The notes: generated by a model not told the origin, from the letters alone. A stretch of 64,000 nucleotides of DNA from Candidatus Yanofskybacteria bacterium (GCA_903830625.1 CAIKUK010000015.1:37-64036); one strand, 5' to 3'. Positions 28,400 to 41,959 are shown, counted from the first letter of the stretch. Made by a program: numbers and translations.

Positions 28400-28671
28400 C
28401 GACCTCGCCATCATCTTCAAAACTTTATGTCGCCCTTATTGTCTTGGCCGGCTTAGTCGGCGGATATATCGCATACAGCCAATGGATTAAACCGTTCGAG
28501 GTCTCAACCCCGGCGCCTCTTATCAGTAACAAGGACGGTTTATCGGCTTTTAAAAACTTAAAAATAGATTTTAAAGTTTTGGACGACCCAGCTTACAAGA
28601 GTCTCATTACTTCCGGTGAATCGCCGGTCAACCCTGGCGTCACTGGCAAGAAAGATTTGTTTGCCCAGTAA
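28396..28671 (+). CDS. Small single-TM pilus-operon protein
   Basis: TM plus C-terminal GKKDLF; translationally coupled to pilO. Confidence 0.65.
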   Translation: MTTSPSSSKLYVALIVLAGLVGGYIAYSQWIKPFEVSTPAPLISNKDGLSAFKNLKIDFKVLDDPAYKSLITSGESPVNPGVTGKKDLFAQ

Positions 28672-28710
28672 GCTTTTGTCCAGGAGTGTAGCGATTGGTT
28701 ACAAAAGCTT

Positions 28711-28812
28711 ACCCGCCTAAGTTTTACTTCGTAAAATTTGGGCGGGTGACAAGTTTCTAGCAACTCAGCGTCGCTATCAGATAGCTAGCTTCGTTGGGAA
28801 ACATCTCATGCC
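28711..28812 (+). repeat. Family A palindrome plus second hairpin, directly upstream of the pilB ATG
   Basis: Homologous to 3488-3584 (minus strand) over ~100 nt up to ATGCC. Confidence 0.85.
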
Positions 28813-30562
28813 CCAGCAAATACCCACCACCCTATTTCAGGAACTGATTAAGGCTAAAATTATTACGCCCGAACAGGGCGCTGGCATAGAAGCCACGGTC
28901 AAGAAAGAGGGGAAGGACTTGGGACGAATTTTAATCGAGCAAGGCATCATTTCCGATGATGATCTGGCCACGCTTAAATCAAAGCTCTATCGATTGCCAG
29001 TCATGCATCTGGCGGAAATTGAGCTTAGCCACGAAGCTCTCAAAGACGTCAGTGAAAGCGTGGTCAATTTTTACAAAATCACGCCTTTCGGCAAGGAAAA
29101 CTCAATCCTTAGGATTGGCATTATCAACCCGGAAGACGTTGAGGCTCTGGAAGCTCTGAAGTTCGTCGCCACGGACAAAGGCCTCACTCTTGAGAAATAT
29201 GTCATTAATTACAAAGATTTTGATGCTATCGTTCAAAACTACCGAACTCTTTCAGGAGAAGTAGGCCAGGCTATAGAATCTCTAAACGATGAGTTTGATA
29301 AAAAAGTTACCGCTGCACCAGGTCAAAGCCTAGAAGAAATTACCGCCGAAGCGCCGGTGACCAAGATTGTCGCCGTTATTATCAGGCACGCCGTCGATTC
29401 GCGAGCTTCAGATATTCATATTGAACCCTTTGAAGACCGGGTCCGCGTTAGATTTCGTATTGATGGCATTCTGGTTATTGCCCTCACCCTTCCCAAGAAC
29501 TTAGCCCCGGCAGTAGTGACGCGCATTAAGATTCTTTCCGACTTAAAAATAGATGAAACTCGTCTGGCCCAAGACGGCCGTTTCTCCACCCGCCTCAATG
29601 AACGCAAAGTGGACTTTCGTGTTTCGACGTTCCCGACCAAAAACGGAGAAAAAGTGGTCATGCGTATTTTGGACCCGTTGTCAGGTTCAATCGAATTACC
29701 TGATCTTGGCTTGGATGGCAGAAATTTGGAAGTGATCGTCCGGGCTATGGCCAAACCATTCGGTTCAATTCTGATTACCGGCCCGACCGGTTCCGGAAAA
29801 TCAACTACCTTGGCCGGCATGCTTAAGCGTATTAATACCGACGACCTGAACATCGTTACCCTGGAAGATCCGATTGAATATTATGTCGACGGCGTGAACC
29901 AATCTCAAATCCACGAAGAAATCGGCTATACGTTCGCTTCTGGGTTGCGCCATATTCTCCGCCAAGACCCTGACGTGATTATGGTCGGAGAAATTCGAGA
30001 CAAAGAAACAGCCTCTTTGGCCACTCAAGCCGCTTTAACCGGCCACATCGTGCTTTCCACTCTTCACACCAATGATGCCATCGGCGTGGTACCCCGTCTC
30101 GTGGATATGGGCGTAGAAAATTATCTTATTCCATCAACCTTAAATGTCGCTGCTGCTCAGCGTTTGCTCCGCCGATTATGCGCCGATTGCAAGCTTCAAA
30201 CCAAAGCCAATCCGGCCGAGACGGTGATTATTGAAACCGCCTTAAAAGACATGCCCATTTCTTATCAAAAAGAGTTTCTGTCTAAAGACGGCTACACTAT
30301 CTATAAACCCAACCTGGAAAACCCGTGCAAACAATGCGGCGGCAAGGCCTTTAAGGGCCGGCTCGGTATTTTTGAAATGCTTGAAATGACGACAGAATTC
30401 GAAAAAATAATTCTGGGTAATATATCCGAATCAGCGATGCGGGAAGAAGCCAAGCGTCAAGAGATGATTACCATGTATCAGGACGGTATCTTAAAAGTCT
30501 TAAGGGGGATTGTCTCGCTGGAAGAATTATTGGAAGTGGCCCAAGCCGGGGAGAGCGCTTAA
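28808..30562 (+). CDS. pilB: Type IV pilus assembly ATPase PilB/GspE
   Basis: ASDIHIEP, GPTGSGKST, LRQDPDVIMVGEIRD, zinc-binding Cys. Confidence 0.95.
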   Translation: MPQQIPTTLFQELIKAKIITPEQGAGIEATVKKEGKDLGRILIEQGIISDDDLATLKSKLYRLPVMHLAEIELSHEALKDVSESVVNFYKITPFGKENSILRIGIINPEDVEALEALKFVATDKGLTLEKYVINYKDFDAIVQNYRTLSGEVGQAIESLNDEFDKKVTAAPGQSLEEITAEAPVTKIVAVIIRHAVDSRASDIHIEPFEDRVRVRFRIDGILVIALTLPKNLAPAVVTRIKILSDLKIDETRLAQDGRFSTRLNERKVDFRVSTFPTKNGEKVVMRILDPLSGSIELPDLGLDGRNLEVIVRAMAKPFGSILITGPTGSGKSTTLAGMLKRINTDDLNIVTLEDPIEYYVDGVNQSQIHEEIGYTFASGLRHILRQDPDVIMVGEIRDKETASLATQAALTGHIVLSTLHTNDAIGVVPRLVDMGVENYLIPSTLNVAAAQRLLRRLCADCKLQTKANPAETVIIETALKDMPISYQKEFLSKDGYTIYKPNLENPCKQCGGKAFKGRLGIFEMLEMTTEFEKIILGNISESAMREEAKRQEMITMYQDGILKVLRGIVSLEELLEVAQAGESA

Positions 30563-30575
30563 CCGAATCTGTATT

Positions 30576-31646
30576 ATGGAAAATCCTCAAAAATATATCG
30601 AAGAACTCCTCACTGTGGCTGCCCAAAACGGCGCTTCAGATTTGCATCTTTCTCCATCAGCTTATCCGACACTTCGCGTAGACAGCCGGTTAGTGCCTCT
30701 TATAAACTACGGCATTTTGAGTACAGAAACACTAAAAGAAGTCATTTCTACCATTCTTGGCCCTGAACGCCAGACCCGCTTCCTTTCGGAAAAAGAAGTC
30801 GACTTCTCGATTGAAATTAACGGGAGCCGATATCGCGCCAATGTTTACCAGTCCCGAGGCTCGTACGCGGCCACACTCCGGCTTATTCCAGAACAGATTA
30901 AAACCTTGGCTGAACTCAACCTGCCGCCGATACTGAATATTTTTACCAAACTTTCACAAGGGTTTGTGCTAGTGGTCGGGCCTAATGGCCAAGGCAAATC
31001 AACCACTTTGGCCAGCCTTTTAAACACCGTCAACAGAGAACGGGGCGAGAAGATTATTACGATCGAAGACCCGATTGAGTATATCTTCACGCCGGAAAAA
31101 AGCATTGTTGACCAACGGGAAGTTTATCAAGACACGCTTTCTTTCAGTAAGGCCATCCGCTCTTCGCTTCGGGAAAATGTCAACGTGTTAATGATCGGCG
31201 ACATGAGAGATTATGAAACTATGAGCGCCGCCGCCACCGCCGCCGAGACCGGCCACTTGGTCTTCTCTAGTCTTCACACTAACAGCGCTTCTCAAACCAT
31301 TGAACGGATTATCGATGCTTTCCCACCCAGCCAGCAACCCCAGATCCGCAACCAGCTCGCCTCGACTATTTCCGGTATTATTTCCCAGCGCCTGGTGCCT
31401 CGGATTCAGGGCGGTCTCGTCCCGGCGGTAGAAATTCTGATCGCCACTGCCGCCGTCCGGGCTCTTATCCGGGATAATAAACCCAGACAACTCGATCAGA
31501 CCATTGAGACTAATCAGAATATTGGTATGATATCTATGGATAAATCATTAGCCGATTTAGTCAGACGAAAAGAAATCAGCCTTGAGCGAGCCGAATTTTA
31601 CTCGATAAACCCGGATAATTTACGTAATCACAATCATGGAATATAA
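30576..31646 (+). CDS. pilT: Retraction ATPase PilT
   Basis: ASDLHL, GPNGQGKST, TIEDPIE, AETGHLV.SSLHT; Walker B reads GDMRD. Confidence 0.9.
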   Translation: MENPQKYIEELLTVAAQNGASDLHLSPSAYPTLRVDSRLVPLINYGILSTETLKEVISTILGPERQTRFLSEKEVDFSIEINGSRYRANVYQSRGSYAATLRLIPEQIKTLAELNLPPILNIFTKLSQGFVLVVGPNGQGKSTTLASLLNTVNRERGEKIITIEDPIEYIFTPEKSIVDQREVYQDTLSFSKAIRSSLRENVNVLMIGDMRDYETMSAAATAAETGHLVFSSLHTNSASQTIERIIDAFPPSQQPQIRNQLASTISGIISQRLVPRIQGGLVPAVEILIATAAVRALIRDNKPRQLDQTIETNQNIGMISMDKSLADLVRRKEISLERAEFYSINPDNLRNHNHGI

Positions 31647-32844
31647 ATATCAAGCTAAAAATACCGTCAACCAGATTGTGGAGGGGATAATAGACGCTCC
31701 TTCTCAAGATGAAGCTGTTTCAATCCTCCACAATAAACAGCTGGTGGTTTTATCACTAACGATTCTTAAGAAAGATGTGCTTTCCAAAGACCTGAACCAA
31801 GTTCTTTCAAGAATAAAAACAAAAGATATTGTTGTCTTTACGCGCCAGCTTTCCACTCTCATTGAAGCCGACATGCCTCTGGCCGAAGGTCTGCGCACCC
31901 TGGCTCAACAAACCGAGAAACCTGGATTAAAGAAAATCGTCATGGACGTCGCTCAAAGCGTCGAAGGCGGATCATCGCTTTCGGCGGCCCTGGGCGATCA
32001 CCCCAAAGTATTCACCACCTTTTTTGTTAAACTTGTCCAAGCAGGAGAAGCTTCGGGTAAACTCCAAGGTTCATTATCTTATCTCGCCGATTATCTGGAA
32101 CGCAGCCAGAGTATTAACTCCAAAATCCGGGGGGCATTGGTTTATCCGGCTTTCGTGGTTTCCGCGCTGATTATTGTCGCGCTGATTATGGGTATTTATG
32201 TCTTGCCTCAATTACTCAGCGTTTTCGAAGATTCGGGTGTCACTAATTTACCTTTTACCACCCGCATGCTTATGGCTGGAACAGCCTTTCTTAATGATTA
32301 CCTCTATTATATCTTGGCAGTTTTGATTATTGGCGGATTCCTTATCACTCGATTTTTGAGAACACCCCGAGGCAAGATCTGGCGGGATAACTTTTTGGTT
32401 AACATGCCTTCTCTCGGAAAAGTTGTTCAGAATCTTTATCTGGCCCGCATGGCCGAAAGCCTGTCCACGCTCATTAAATCTGGATTGCCGATTCTCGACG
32501 CTTTGAGAATAACGGCCGACCTGGTCGGCAACGAGAATTACCGAGTAATCATTCTGGCCTCTGAAGAAAATGTCCGCAGTGGGGGCAGTATCTCCGAAAT
32601 TCTTAGTCAGCATAAAGAAATGCCGGCATTATTCAGCTCGATGGTGGCCATCGGGGAGCGGACCGGCAAACTCGACTACATGCTCGAGCATATTTCTAAG
32701 TTTTATAAATCCGAATCGGAAACGGCTATCGGCAGTATCACTCAGCTTATTGAACCGATTTTGGTGTTGGTTCTCGGATTTGCGGTGGCTATTCTTGTTT
32801 CAAGCATCCTTTTGCCGATTTACAGTCTGGTCGGATCCGGCTAA
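31636..32844 (+). CDS. pilC: Type IV pilus platform protein PilC/GspF
   Basis: FTRQLSTL, GEASGKL, GERTGKLD, IEP. Confidence 0.95.
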   Translation: MEYKYQAKNTVNQIVEGIIDAPSQDEAVSILHNKQLVVLSLTILKKDVLSKDLNQVLSRIKTKDIVVFTRQLSTLIEADMPLAEGLRTLAQQTEKPGLKKIVMDVAQSVEGGSSLSAALGDHPKVFTTFFVKLVQAGEASGKLQGSLSYLADYLERSQSINSKIRGALVYPAFVVSALIIVALIMGIYVLPQLLSVFEDSGVTNLPFTTRMLMAGTAFLNDYLYYILAVLIIGGFLITRFLRTPRGKIWRDNFLVNMPSLGKVVQNLYLARMAESLSTLIKSGLPILDALRITADLVGNENYRVIILASEENVRSGGSISEILSQHKEMPALFSSMVAIGERTGKLDYMLEHISKFYKSESETAIGSITQLIEPILVLVLGFAVAILVSSILLPIYSLVGSG

Positions 32845-32927
32845 GACCAATCTTAGTGTTGATATCTAAGCTTGTACTCTTTGAAACGTGTCATATAATG
32901 AAGGCAATAAATTAAGCAAACTCATCC

Positions 32928-33461
32928 GTGTTTACTAAAAAATCGTTTCGTCTCTCCCGAGGTTTTACCTTGGTTGAGTTGCTCGTGGTTATCGCCATTA
33001 TCGGTGTTCTAGCCACTTTGCTCCTCTTACAGCTCAACGTGGCCCGTCAGCGCGCTCGCGATGCCAAACGTATTGCTGATGTTAACCAAATCCGAACTTC
33101 AGCCGAACTCTATTTCGATGATAATGGACACTACCCAGCTGAAAGCATGGCCGTCATGAAAACAGATGTTAAGGTTGTGCCAAGATATTTAGTTCATATG
33201 CCAGTAGACCCACTCAGTGGCAGCGACTATGGATACGACTATTCGGGAACTGATTTGACTAAGCCGACAAAATTCCAAGTCTGGGCCAAACTTGAGCAGG
33301 GAGCACAAGCCTTAAAATCTGACAGTGATATTAATTCGACTGGCTGGAGCGGAGTCCTGCCTAGTAGCAATGGCGGGCTTGATACCGGTGTTGATAATGA
33401 CGGTGCCGGTTGTCCGACTGTTACTCCTTCTGACTGTATTTACGACCAGGGTCAACAATAA
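32928..33461 (+). CDS. Type IV major pilin-like protein
   Basis: [28 protein letters not shown]; own terminator. Confidence 0.9.
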   Translation: MFTKKSFRLSRGFTLVELLVVIAIIGVLATLLLLQLNVARQRARDAKRIADVNQIRTSAELYFDDNGHYPAESMAVMKTDVKVVPRYLVHMPVDPLSGSDYGYDYSGTDLTKPTKFQVWAKLEQGAQALKSDSDINSTGWSGVLPSSNGGLDTGVDNDGAGCPTVTPSDCIYDQGQQ

Positions 33462-33471
33462 ATCATATTCT

Positions 33472-33498
33472 AAAAACCCCCGCGGAAGCGGGGGTTTT
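33472..33498 (+). terminator. Intrinsic terminator after pilin
   Basis: AAAACCCCCGC-GGAA-GCGGGGGTTTT. Confidence 0.8.
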
Positions 33499-33516
33499 GT
33501 GTTAAGATAGATATTA

Positions 33517-34269
33517 ATGAATTCGGCAATCATTCTTTCTGTTATTGGCGGATTGATTTGGGGCAGTTTTTTAAACGTGCTCCTGTGGCGCTTGCCCGAA
33601 GAGAAGAGTATCGGCGGACGATCCCATTGCCGGGATTGCCACCATCTTCTGGCTTGGTACGACCTAATCCCAGTCTTAAGTTTTATCGTCCTTAAAGGCC
33701 GATGCCGGTATTGCCATACTCCAATTCATATTAGATACCCAGTAGTTGAAATCAGTACCGCTACTGTGCTGGCCCTTTTTTTCGCCGTTCGCCAGCCATT
33801 ATTAGGCCTTGAAGTAGTCATGACTGTGTTCGCACTCCTGATTTTAACTAGCCTGTTCTTTTTTGACTTATTCTATTTAGTTCTCCCTGATGTATTAATT
33901 TTCCCGGCCATTATAGTTTATGCGATTTACGACCTGATTAAAGCTGTCAACCCGTTTTCATACTTCTTAACCGCATTACTTTCGGCCGGTCTTTTTGCTA
34001 TACTTTACACAGTATCCCGTGGCAAAAAAATGGGCTTTGGCGATGTAAAATTGGCAATTTTAATAGGCTTGATTCTGGGATATCCATTTGGATTCTTGGC
34101 CATTGTCGGAGGTGTGTGGCTAGCGGCCATTGTCTCTATCATTCTTCTGGCCCTGAAAAAGGCCGCGCTTCAAGATGCCATTCCATTAGGTTCGTTTCTT
34201 GCTCTGGCCACCATTCTTTCTATTATTTTTTATCATGAAATACTTCCATTGGCTAAATTTTTCCAATAG
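33517..34269 (+). CDS. pilD: Prepilin peptidase
   Basis: GSFLNV, RSHCRDC, GRCRYC, MGFGDVKL. Confidence 0.95.
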   Translation: MNSAIILSVIGGLIWGSFLNVLLWRLPEEKSIGGRSHCRDCHHLLAWYDLIPVLSFIVLKGRCRYCHTPIHIRYPVVEISTATVLALFFAVRQPLLGLEVVMTVFALLILTSLFFFDLFYLVLPDVLIFPAIIVYAIYDLIKAVNPFSYFLTALLSAGLFAILYTVSRGKKMGFGDVKLAILIGLILGYPFGFLAIVGGVWLAAIVSIILLALKKAALQDAIPLGSFLALATILSIIFYHEILPLAKFFQ

Positions 34270-34813
34270 TTCCAGCCTGCATAGGCAGACGGGATTTACA
34301 CTGGTCGAAATGAGTGTGGTCGCGGCAATTATTGGATTTTTAAGTACGGCACTCATTATTAATTTTTCCCGGACCAGAATTGATATCGACCAGAGCGCCA
34401 ATTTGATTATGGCGGCTGTTCGCGAAGCCCAGACCAAAGCTGTTTCTAGTACTCTCTATGCCGGTTATAATCCTTGTGGTTACGGCCTTCATTATGTTTC
34501 ACCGACTCAATTTATCATCTATGTCGGCCAAGACGCATCGACCGTGGTCTGTTCGAGTATTGCCAATAAAAATTATCAAGCCGGAAGAGACGCCCTACTC
34601 GGAATCCAATCATTCAGTGACCCTAATATACAATTCACCGCGCCATTCAACGATATTTTCTTTCTGCCCCCTAATCCAAAAACGTACCTGAACAACAACG
34701 CCTCGCTCAATCAACCCCCAATTACTATCCAAATCAGATCCATCGGCGGAGTTTGCCCTCAAAATTGCCGGACAGTCTATGTTTATCCGTCAGGGAAAAT
34801 TGAAGTCCAATAA
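34235..34813 (+). CDS. Minor pilin (FimT/FimU-like)
   Basis: G/FTLVEM class III signal; start uncertain. Confidence 0.8.
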   Translation: MKYFHWLNFSNSSSLHRQTGFTLVEMSVVAAIIGFLSTALIINFSRTRIDIDQSANLIMAAVREAQTKAVSSTLYAGYNPCGYGLHYVSPTQFIIYVGQDASTVVCSSIANKNYQAGRDALLGIQSFSDPNIQFTAPFNDIFFLPPNPKTYLNNNASLNQPPITIQIRSIGGVCPQNCRTVYVYPSGKIEVQ

Positions 34814-35298
34814 TGTTTAAATTTTTAAATAATCAAAAGGGATTTACTCTAGTCGAGACACTTGTCTCGCTAGTTATTTTAACTGTGGCTCTTATTCCGA
34901 TTCTTAATCTTTCCACCAGCGCCGCCAGGGTCAGCGCAACAGTTCAAGATAACCTGGTGGCCTCCGGGCTGGCTCAGGAGGGGATAGAGGTTATCCGGGC
35001 GGTGCGCGACACCAATTGGTTCAATAACCGGGCTTTCGATTTTGGTTTAAGTAACGGCGATTACCGAGTGGAGTGGAATTCGACAGTCTTGCTTTCGCTT
35101 GGCAGCAATCCTGCCCTTAATCTAAATAACGGACAATATACTTACTCGGGCGGGACACCCTCTAAATTCAGCCGGACCATCACGATTACAAAAGTTAATG
35201 CGGGCGAATTAAAGGTTGTCAGTCAAATCAATTGGCTGGGACGGTCTAACGATGCCAAGTCCATCACGGCCGAAGATCATTTGTTTAATTGGAGATAA
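34813..35298 (+). CDS. Minor pilin (PilV-like)
   Basis: KG/FTLVETLV, LAQEGIE..R..RD. Confidence 0.85.
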   Translation: MFKFLNNQKGFTLVETLVSLVILTVALIPILNLSTSAARVSATVQDNLVASGLAQEGIEVIRAVRDTNWFNNRAFDFGLSNGDYRVEWNSTVLLSLGSNPALNLNNGQYTYSGGTPSKFSRTITITKVNAGELKVVSQINWLGRSNDAKSITAEDHLFNWR

Positions 35299-35796
35299 TG
35301 TCTAGAAATTTAAATTCCCAAAAAGGATTCACTTTGGTCGAGGTTATCATATCGGCTTTTGTTTTTTCTATCATCGCTATTGTCGTAAGCGGATTGTTCG
35401 TCCAAATTTTAGCCCTGGAACGCCGAGCTTTTGCCTCCCAAAAAATTCAAGAGAACGGTCTTTTTATCATGGAACTGATGTCGCGCGAAATTCGCGTCAG
35501 CCAAATCCAAAATCAAGATTCTTTGAATTGCACTGCCACTTCACTGTCCATTATTCACCCCGTTAACGGCCCAGTGGTCTACTCGTTGAACAATGGCGTT
35601 CTCCAACGCACCGCGGAAGGCGTGGTTACCGATCTAAGTTCATCTACGGTCGCATTTTCACGATTGAATTTCTGTGTTATGGGTTCGGGACCAGCTGATG
35701 CCCAGCAGGCCAGAGTAGCTATTCTGGCTTCTATTCAAAATAAAACCGGCCGAGAAATATTAACCACTAGTTTTGAGACCACAGTCTCTTCCCGCG

Positions 35797-35816
<20 letters not shown>
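35298..35816 (+). CDS. Minor pilin (PilW-like)
   Basis: KG/FTLVEVII, MSREIR. Confidence 0.85.
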
Positions 35817-38236
<2,420 letters not shown>

Positions 38237-38254
38237 TCATGCTAATTTAATCAG

Positions 38255-38557
38255 ATGCTATCCGATAAAGAACTGGACCATATTGCTAAACTGGCGAGAG
38301 TAAACGTGGCCCCTGAGAAAAGAGAAACGCTGAAGAAAGACCTTTCGGCGATTTTGGATTACATGGAAAAACTGAACAAAGTTGACACCAGTTCTGTGGA
38401 ACCGCTTTATCAGACGACGGGATTGGTAAACGCCACTCGAAGCGATGAACCGCGCCAAGAATTTCCGATGACCGAAAAATTGGAAGAATTATTGATCGGC
38501 CAAGCGCCGGCTCGCAAAGAAAGATTTGTGAAAGTTAAATCCATTCTTAAGAAATGA
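38255..38557 (+). CDS. gatC: Asp/Glu-tRNA amidotransferase subunit C
   Basis: [15 protein letters not shown]; adjacent to gatA. Confidence 0.93.
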   Translation: MLSDKELDHIAKLARVNVAPEKRETLKKDLSAILDYMEKLNKVDTSSVEPLYQTTGLVNATRSDEPRQEFPMTEKLEELLIGQAPARKERFVKVKSILKK

Positions 38558-39966
38558 TCCCCGAAAACCTGACTATTGTAAAAGCCCGAGCCGGCCTCAA
38601 CCGAGGCGATTTTTCGGCGGAAGAATTATTTTCCCATTACCATAAAAAGATCCAGGAAAAGAACGAAGAGATTTTTGCTTACTTAACTCCTTTTAATGAA
38701 CCGGGTCCGATAACCAAAGAGGGGGCTTTAGCTGGCATACCCTGCGCTATCAAAGATAATATGCTCATTGAAGGCACCCGCACGACTGCCGGTTCTAAAA
38801 TTCTGGAAAATTATATCGCTTCCTATACCGCCACCGCCGTCACTAAATTAAAAAAGGCCGGCGCTCTGATTTTGGGCAAAACAAACCTGGACGAATTCGC
38901 CATGGGCAGTTCCACTGAGAATTCGGCTTACGGCCCGACCAAAAATCCGCTGGATACTACCCGTATCCCGGGCGGTTCTTCCGGCGGTTCGGCCGCGGCT
39001 GTGGCCGGGGATTTAGCTGTCTTTGCTTTAGGTTCCGATACTGGCGGTTCTATCCGCCAGCCGGCGGCGATGTGCGGTATTGTCGGACTAAAACCAACTT
39101 ATGGCCGAGTTTCGCGACACGGTTTGATTGCTATGGCTTCATCGTTTGATCAGATTGGCCCGCTAACCAAAACCGTGGAAGATGCGGCTATTGTTTTAAA
39201 CGAGCTCTGTGACCACGATATTTTTGATTCCACGACGGTCAACAATGAAGTGCCAGATTTTACCACCACTCTTAATGATTCCATCAAAGGTTTGACCGTC
39301 GGCGTGCCGAAAGAATTTTTCGGCACCGGACTTTCAGCCGAAGTTGAAGAGCGAGTAAAATCAGGCATTGCTAAACTAAAGGAGCTCGGCTGTAAAATTA
39401 AAGAAATATCTCTGCCGAACTTTGAATACGCTCTGGCCGCTTATTATATTGCCGTGCCCAGTGAAATCTCGGCTAACTTGGCGCGCTTTGACGGTATCCG
39501 TTATGGCCATTCGGTTCAAAATGGCGAAAACCTGATTGACACCTATTTTAAATCCCGCACCGAGGGTCTGGGGCCAGAACCGGTTCGCCGGATTATGCTC
39601 GGCGCTTATGCCTTATCATCCGGTTACTATGACACTTATTATTTGAAAGCCCAAAAAGTCCGCGCGCTTATTAAAAAAGATTTTGATGAGGCGTTTAAAA
39701 AAGTTGATGTTATTGTCGGACCGACAGCACCCCACACCGCTTTCAAGATAGGGGAGAAGGTTTCCGACCCATTAGCGTTATACTTAGAGGATATTTATAC
39801 CGTGCCCTTGAATCTGGCCGGACTGCCAGGCATCTCGATTCCTTGTGGTTTAGGTTCAGTCAGTAAAATGCCAGTTGGATTACAGATTATCGGCAAACCA
39901 TTTGATGAATCCACCCTATTACGTGTCGCGCATCAACTTGAACAAGCTTTGAAATCCCGCACATAA
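38554..39966 (+). CDS. gatA: Asp/Glu-tRNA amidotransferase subunit A
   Basis: [38 protein letters not shown]. Confidence 0.98.
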   Translation: MIPENLTIVKARAGLNRGDFSAEELFSHYHKKIQEKNEEIFAYLTPFNEPGPITKEGALAGIPCAIKDNMLIEGTRTTAGSKILENYIASYTATAVTKLKKAGALILGKTNLDEFAMGSSTENSAYGPTKNPLDTTRIPGGSSGGSAAAVAGDLAVFALGSDTGGSIRQPAAMCGIVGLKPTYGRVSRHGLIAMASSFDQIGPLTKTVEDAAIVLNELCDHDIFDSTTVNNEVPDFTTTLNDSIKGLTVGVPKEFFGTGLSAEVEERVKSGIAKLKELGCKIKEISLPNFEYALAAYYIAVPSEISANLARFDGIRYGHSVQNGENLIDTYFKSRTEGLGPEPVRRIMLGAYALSSGYYDTYYLKAQKVRALIKKDFDEAFKKVDVIVGPTAPHTAFKIGEKVSDPLALYLEDIYTVPLNLAGLPGISIPCGLGSVSKMPVGLQIIGKPFDESTLLRVAHQLEQALKSRT

Positions 39967-39975
39967 ACGCTATAT

Positions 39976-40230
39976 ATGTTCCATGTATATGTGTTAAAGA
40001 GTGTAAAATTTGATAAGCTATACATCGGGATTACGGATAATATTCGACGAAGGGTATTGGAACATAACTCAGGCGTCTCTAAATCTACGAAGAAGTATAC
40101 GCCGTGGAGATTGGTGTACTACGAAACTTACTTGTCAGAAAAAGATGCACGAAATAGATAATTAAAGTTAAAACACTATGGACAGACTTTTCGACGTCTC
40201 AAGGAACGCTTGACGGAAAGCCTGGGATAG
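39976..40230 (+). pseudogene. GIY-YIG nuclease with premature stop
   Basis: HVYVLKS...LYIGIT..I.RR...HN.G...TKKY.PW.LVYYE...ARNR* then in-frame LKLKHYGQTFRRLKERL; TAA where the conserved Glu (GAA) is expected. Confidence 0.7.
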
Positions 40231-40235
40231 CGTTT

Positions 40236-40823
40236 ATGTGCGGGATGGACCAAATCTATAACCAATTTCTATTCGCGCTCTATCAATGGACTTCTGGTCA
40301 AGTCGGTAGTTTTAATATGGCCGATATCGCTGTTAATTTCCAGAATGCCTTTCTAGATTCTCCATTAGTTCATTTTATTGAAGTTTTCTCGGCGATTATC
40401 ACGATTGTTTTTGGCGCTGCCGCCGTTTACTTAGTGATTAAGCGCAAAGAATTTGATGAAAAAATAGCCAGCCAAGAAGTCGTACCGGCTCAAGCCGTCG
40501 GCGGTAGTCCGTTGAAAGACCAGTGGAATGATATTCTGCGCCATATTGATTCTATCCATGAAGGCGAATGGAAGTTTGCCGTGATTGAAGCCGACACCAT
40601 CGTGGATAATGTTTTAAAAAATTATTTCCCGGGCGACACGATGGGGGATCGCCTGATGAATATCGATAAAACCAAACTCCTGTCCATTGATGACCTCTGG
40701 GAAGCTCACAAGATCCGCAACCATTTGGCTCACGATCCCAATTATTTTCTCCGCCATGCCGAAGCTCTCCGCGCAGTCCGCCTTTTTGAATCCACTCTCA
40801 AAGAACTCGGGATATTAGAGTAA
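40236..40823 (+). CDS. Hypothetical single-TM protein
   Basis: WKFAVIEAD, GDTMGDRL, WEAHKIRN.LAHD motifs. Confidence 0.8.
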   Translation: MCGMDQIYNQFLFALYQWTSGQVGSFNMADIAVNFQNAFLDSPLVHFIEVFSAIITIVFGAAAVYLVIKRKEFDEKIASQEVVPAQAVGGSPLKDQWNDILRHIDSIHEGEWKFAVIEADTIVDNVLKNYFPGDTMGDRLMNIDKTKLLSIDDLWEAHKIRNHLAHDPNYFLRHAEALRAVRLFESTLKELGILE

Positions 40824-40826
40824 GAT

Positions 40827-40871
40827 AAAACGCCAGCAGTTGTACCGGGTAGGGCAACTGGCTGGCGTTTT
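40827..40871. terminator. Bidirectional terminator
   Basis: AAAACGCCAGC...GCTGGCGTTTT between convergent genes. Confidence 0.7.
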
Positions 40872-40911
40872 CCGGAATTTCTTCCGGGAAAGGATTGGGA
40901 CATTGGGCCTC

Positions 40912-41154
40912 CTATGATTGGACGTCAGGATCTATCCCAGGAAAGTGTTCGAAAAGCTCGATTTCCATTGCCATTACTGCATCCGCAAGTTCCGGATTCT
41001 CGAGTTCGCGCCGGTAAGCAGTCATCTCCCGGACTAGTTGCTCGGCTTCCCGATTACTTTCGTCGGATGGCCTGCGCCTCAGGAGCACGTTCTTACGATT
41101 GCGAAGACTTACAAGCTCATCCGATCTCGGTGATACTTTCAAGGTGGGCTTCAT
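40912..41154 (-). CDS. Small hypothetical protein
   Basis: Own promoter (TTGACA-17-TAAAAT, 41213-41241) and strong AAGGAGG SD. Confidence 0.6.
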   Translation of the reverse strand: MKPTLKVSPRSDELVSLRNRKNVLLRRRPSDESNREAEQLVREMTAYRRELENPELADAVMAMEIELFEHFPGIDPDVQS

Positions 41155-41254
41155 GGCTTTTCCTCCTTCCTTTGAATGTGCCCACTAGATTAGGGACACG
41201 GGAACTGGCCCGATTTTAGAGGATGTTTTAGTCTATGTCAAGTAATGGTGGCGG

Positions 41255-41959
41255 CTATTTGCCGAAACGGCGTTTTTCTTGGCCGTAAGATTCTAATGCG
41301 GATTTGAATTCCTTAACCGAGAAATCAGGCCACAGGGTTTCTGTAAAAAATAACTTGGCGTCGGCTACGTCCCACATTAAGAAACCGCTTGACCAATGAG
41401 GGGCGCCGCCGGTTCGAATTACCAAATCAACCGGAGGTAAATCTTTAGTCCAAAGATTATTTTTAACTGTTTGGTCGGTAATTTTTAGGCTAGGATTCTG
41501 GATTTTTTGTTTGGTTATATTTTGTATGGCCTCTTTCATTTCATCCAAACCGTCATAAGCCATTAAAAGCGTTAGGTGATGGCGTTTATAGGAAGCGGTT
41601 TTATCAACGACCTCGCGGATTATTTTTTTTAGCCGTTCGGGAAAGAATTCTGACCAGCGGCCCAAAACATGGACTCTTACTTGGTAATCATCCACGGTGC
41701 TATCCTTAAGTAATCTCTTAAAATGATTTTCAAAAACTGAATATAAATATTTAACTTCCACGGCTGGACGTTTTTTAATATTACCCAACGATGAACCCCA
41801 CATGGTCAGATAGGGGATTTTAAGTTCCAACGCCGATTTTAAAATTCCCTCGCTTGTTTCGGCGCCGGCATCATGGCCAAAAAAGGCCCTGAGATTTTGT
41901 TTCCGGGCCCAGCGTCTGTTGCCATCGGGAATAATTGCTACATGTTTCGGTAATCTCAT
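41255..41959 (-). CDS. uppS: Undecaprenyl diphosphate synthase
   Basis: PKHVAIIPDGNRRWA, DLVIRTGG, LWPDF, RRFG. Confidence 0.95.
   Translation of the reverse strand: MRLPKHVAIIPDGNRRWARKQNLRAFFGHDAGAETSEGILKSALELKIPYLTMWGSSLGNIKKRPAVEVKYLYSVFENHFKRLLKDSTVDDYQVRVHVLGRWSEFFPERLKKIIREVVDKTASYKRHHLTLLMAYDGLDEMKEAIQNITKQKIQNPSLKITDQTVKNNLWTKDLPPVDLVIRTGGAPHWSSGFLMWDVADAKLFFTETLWPDFSVKEFKSALESYGQEKRRFGK

Noticed and set aside
34272-34293. Small palindrome CAGCCTGC-ATAG-GCAGACGG in another pilin leader
   Set aside because: Could be a decayed repeat insertion, but too short and imperfect to support
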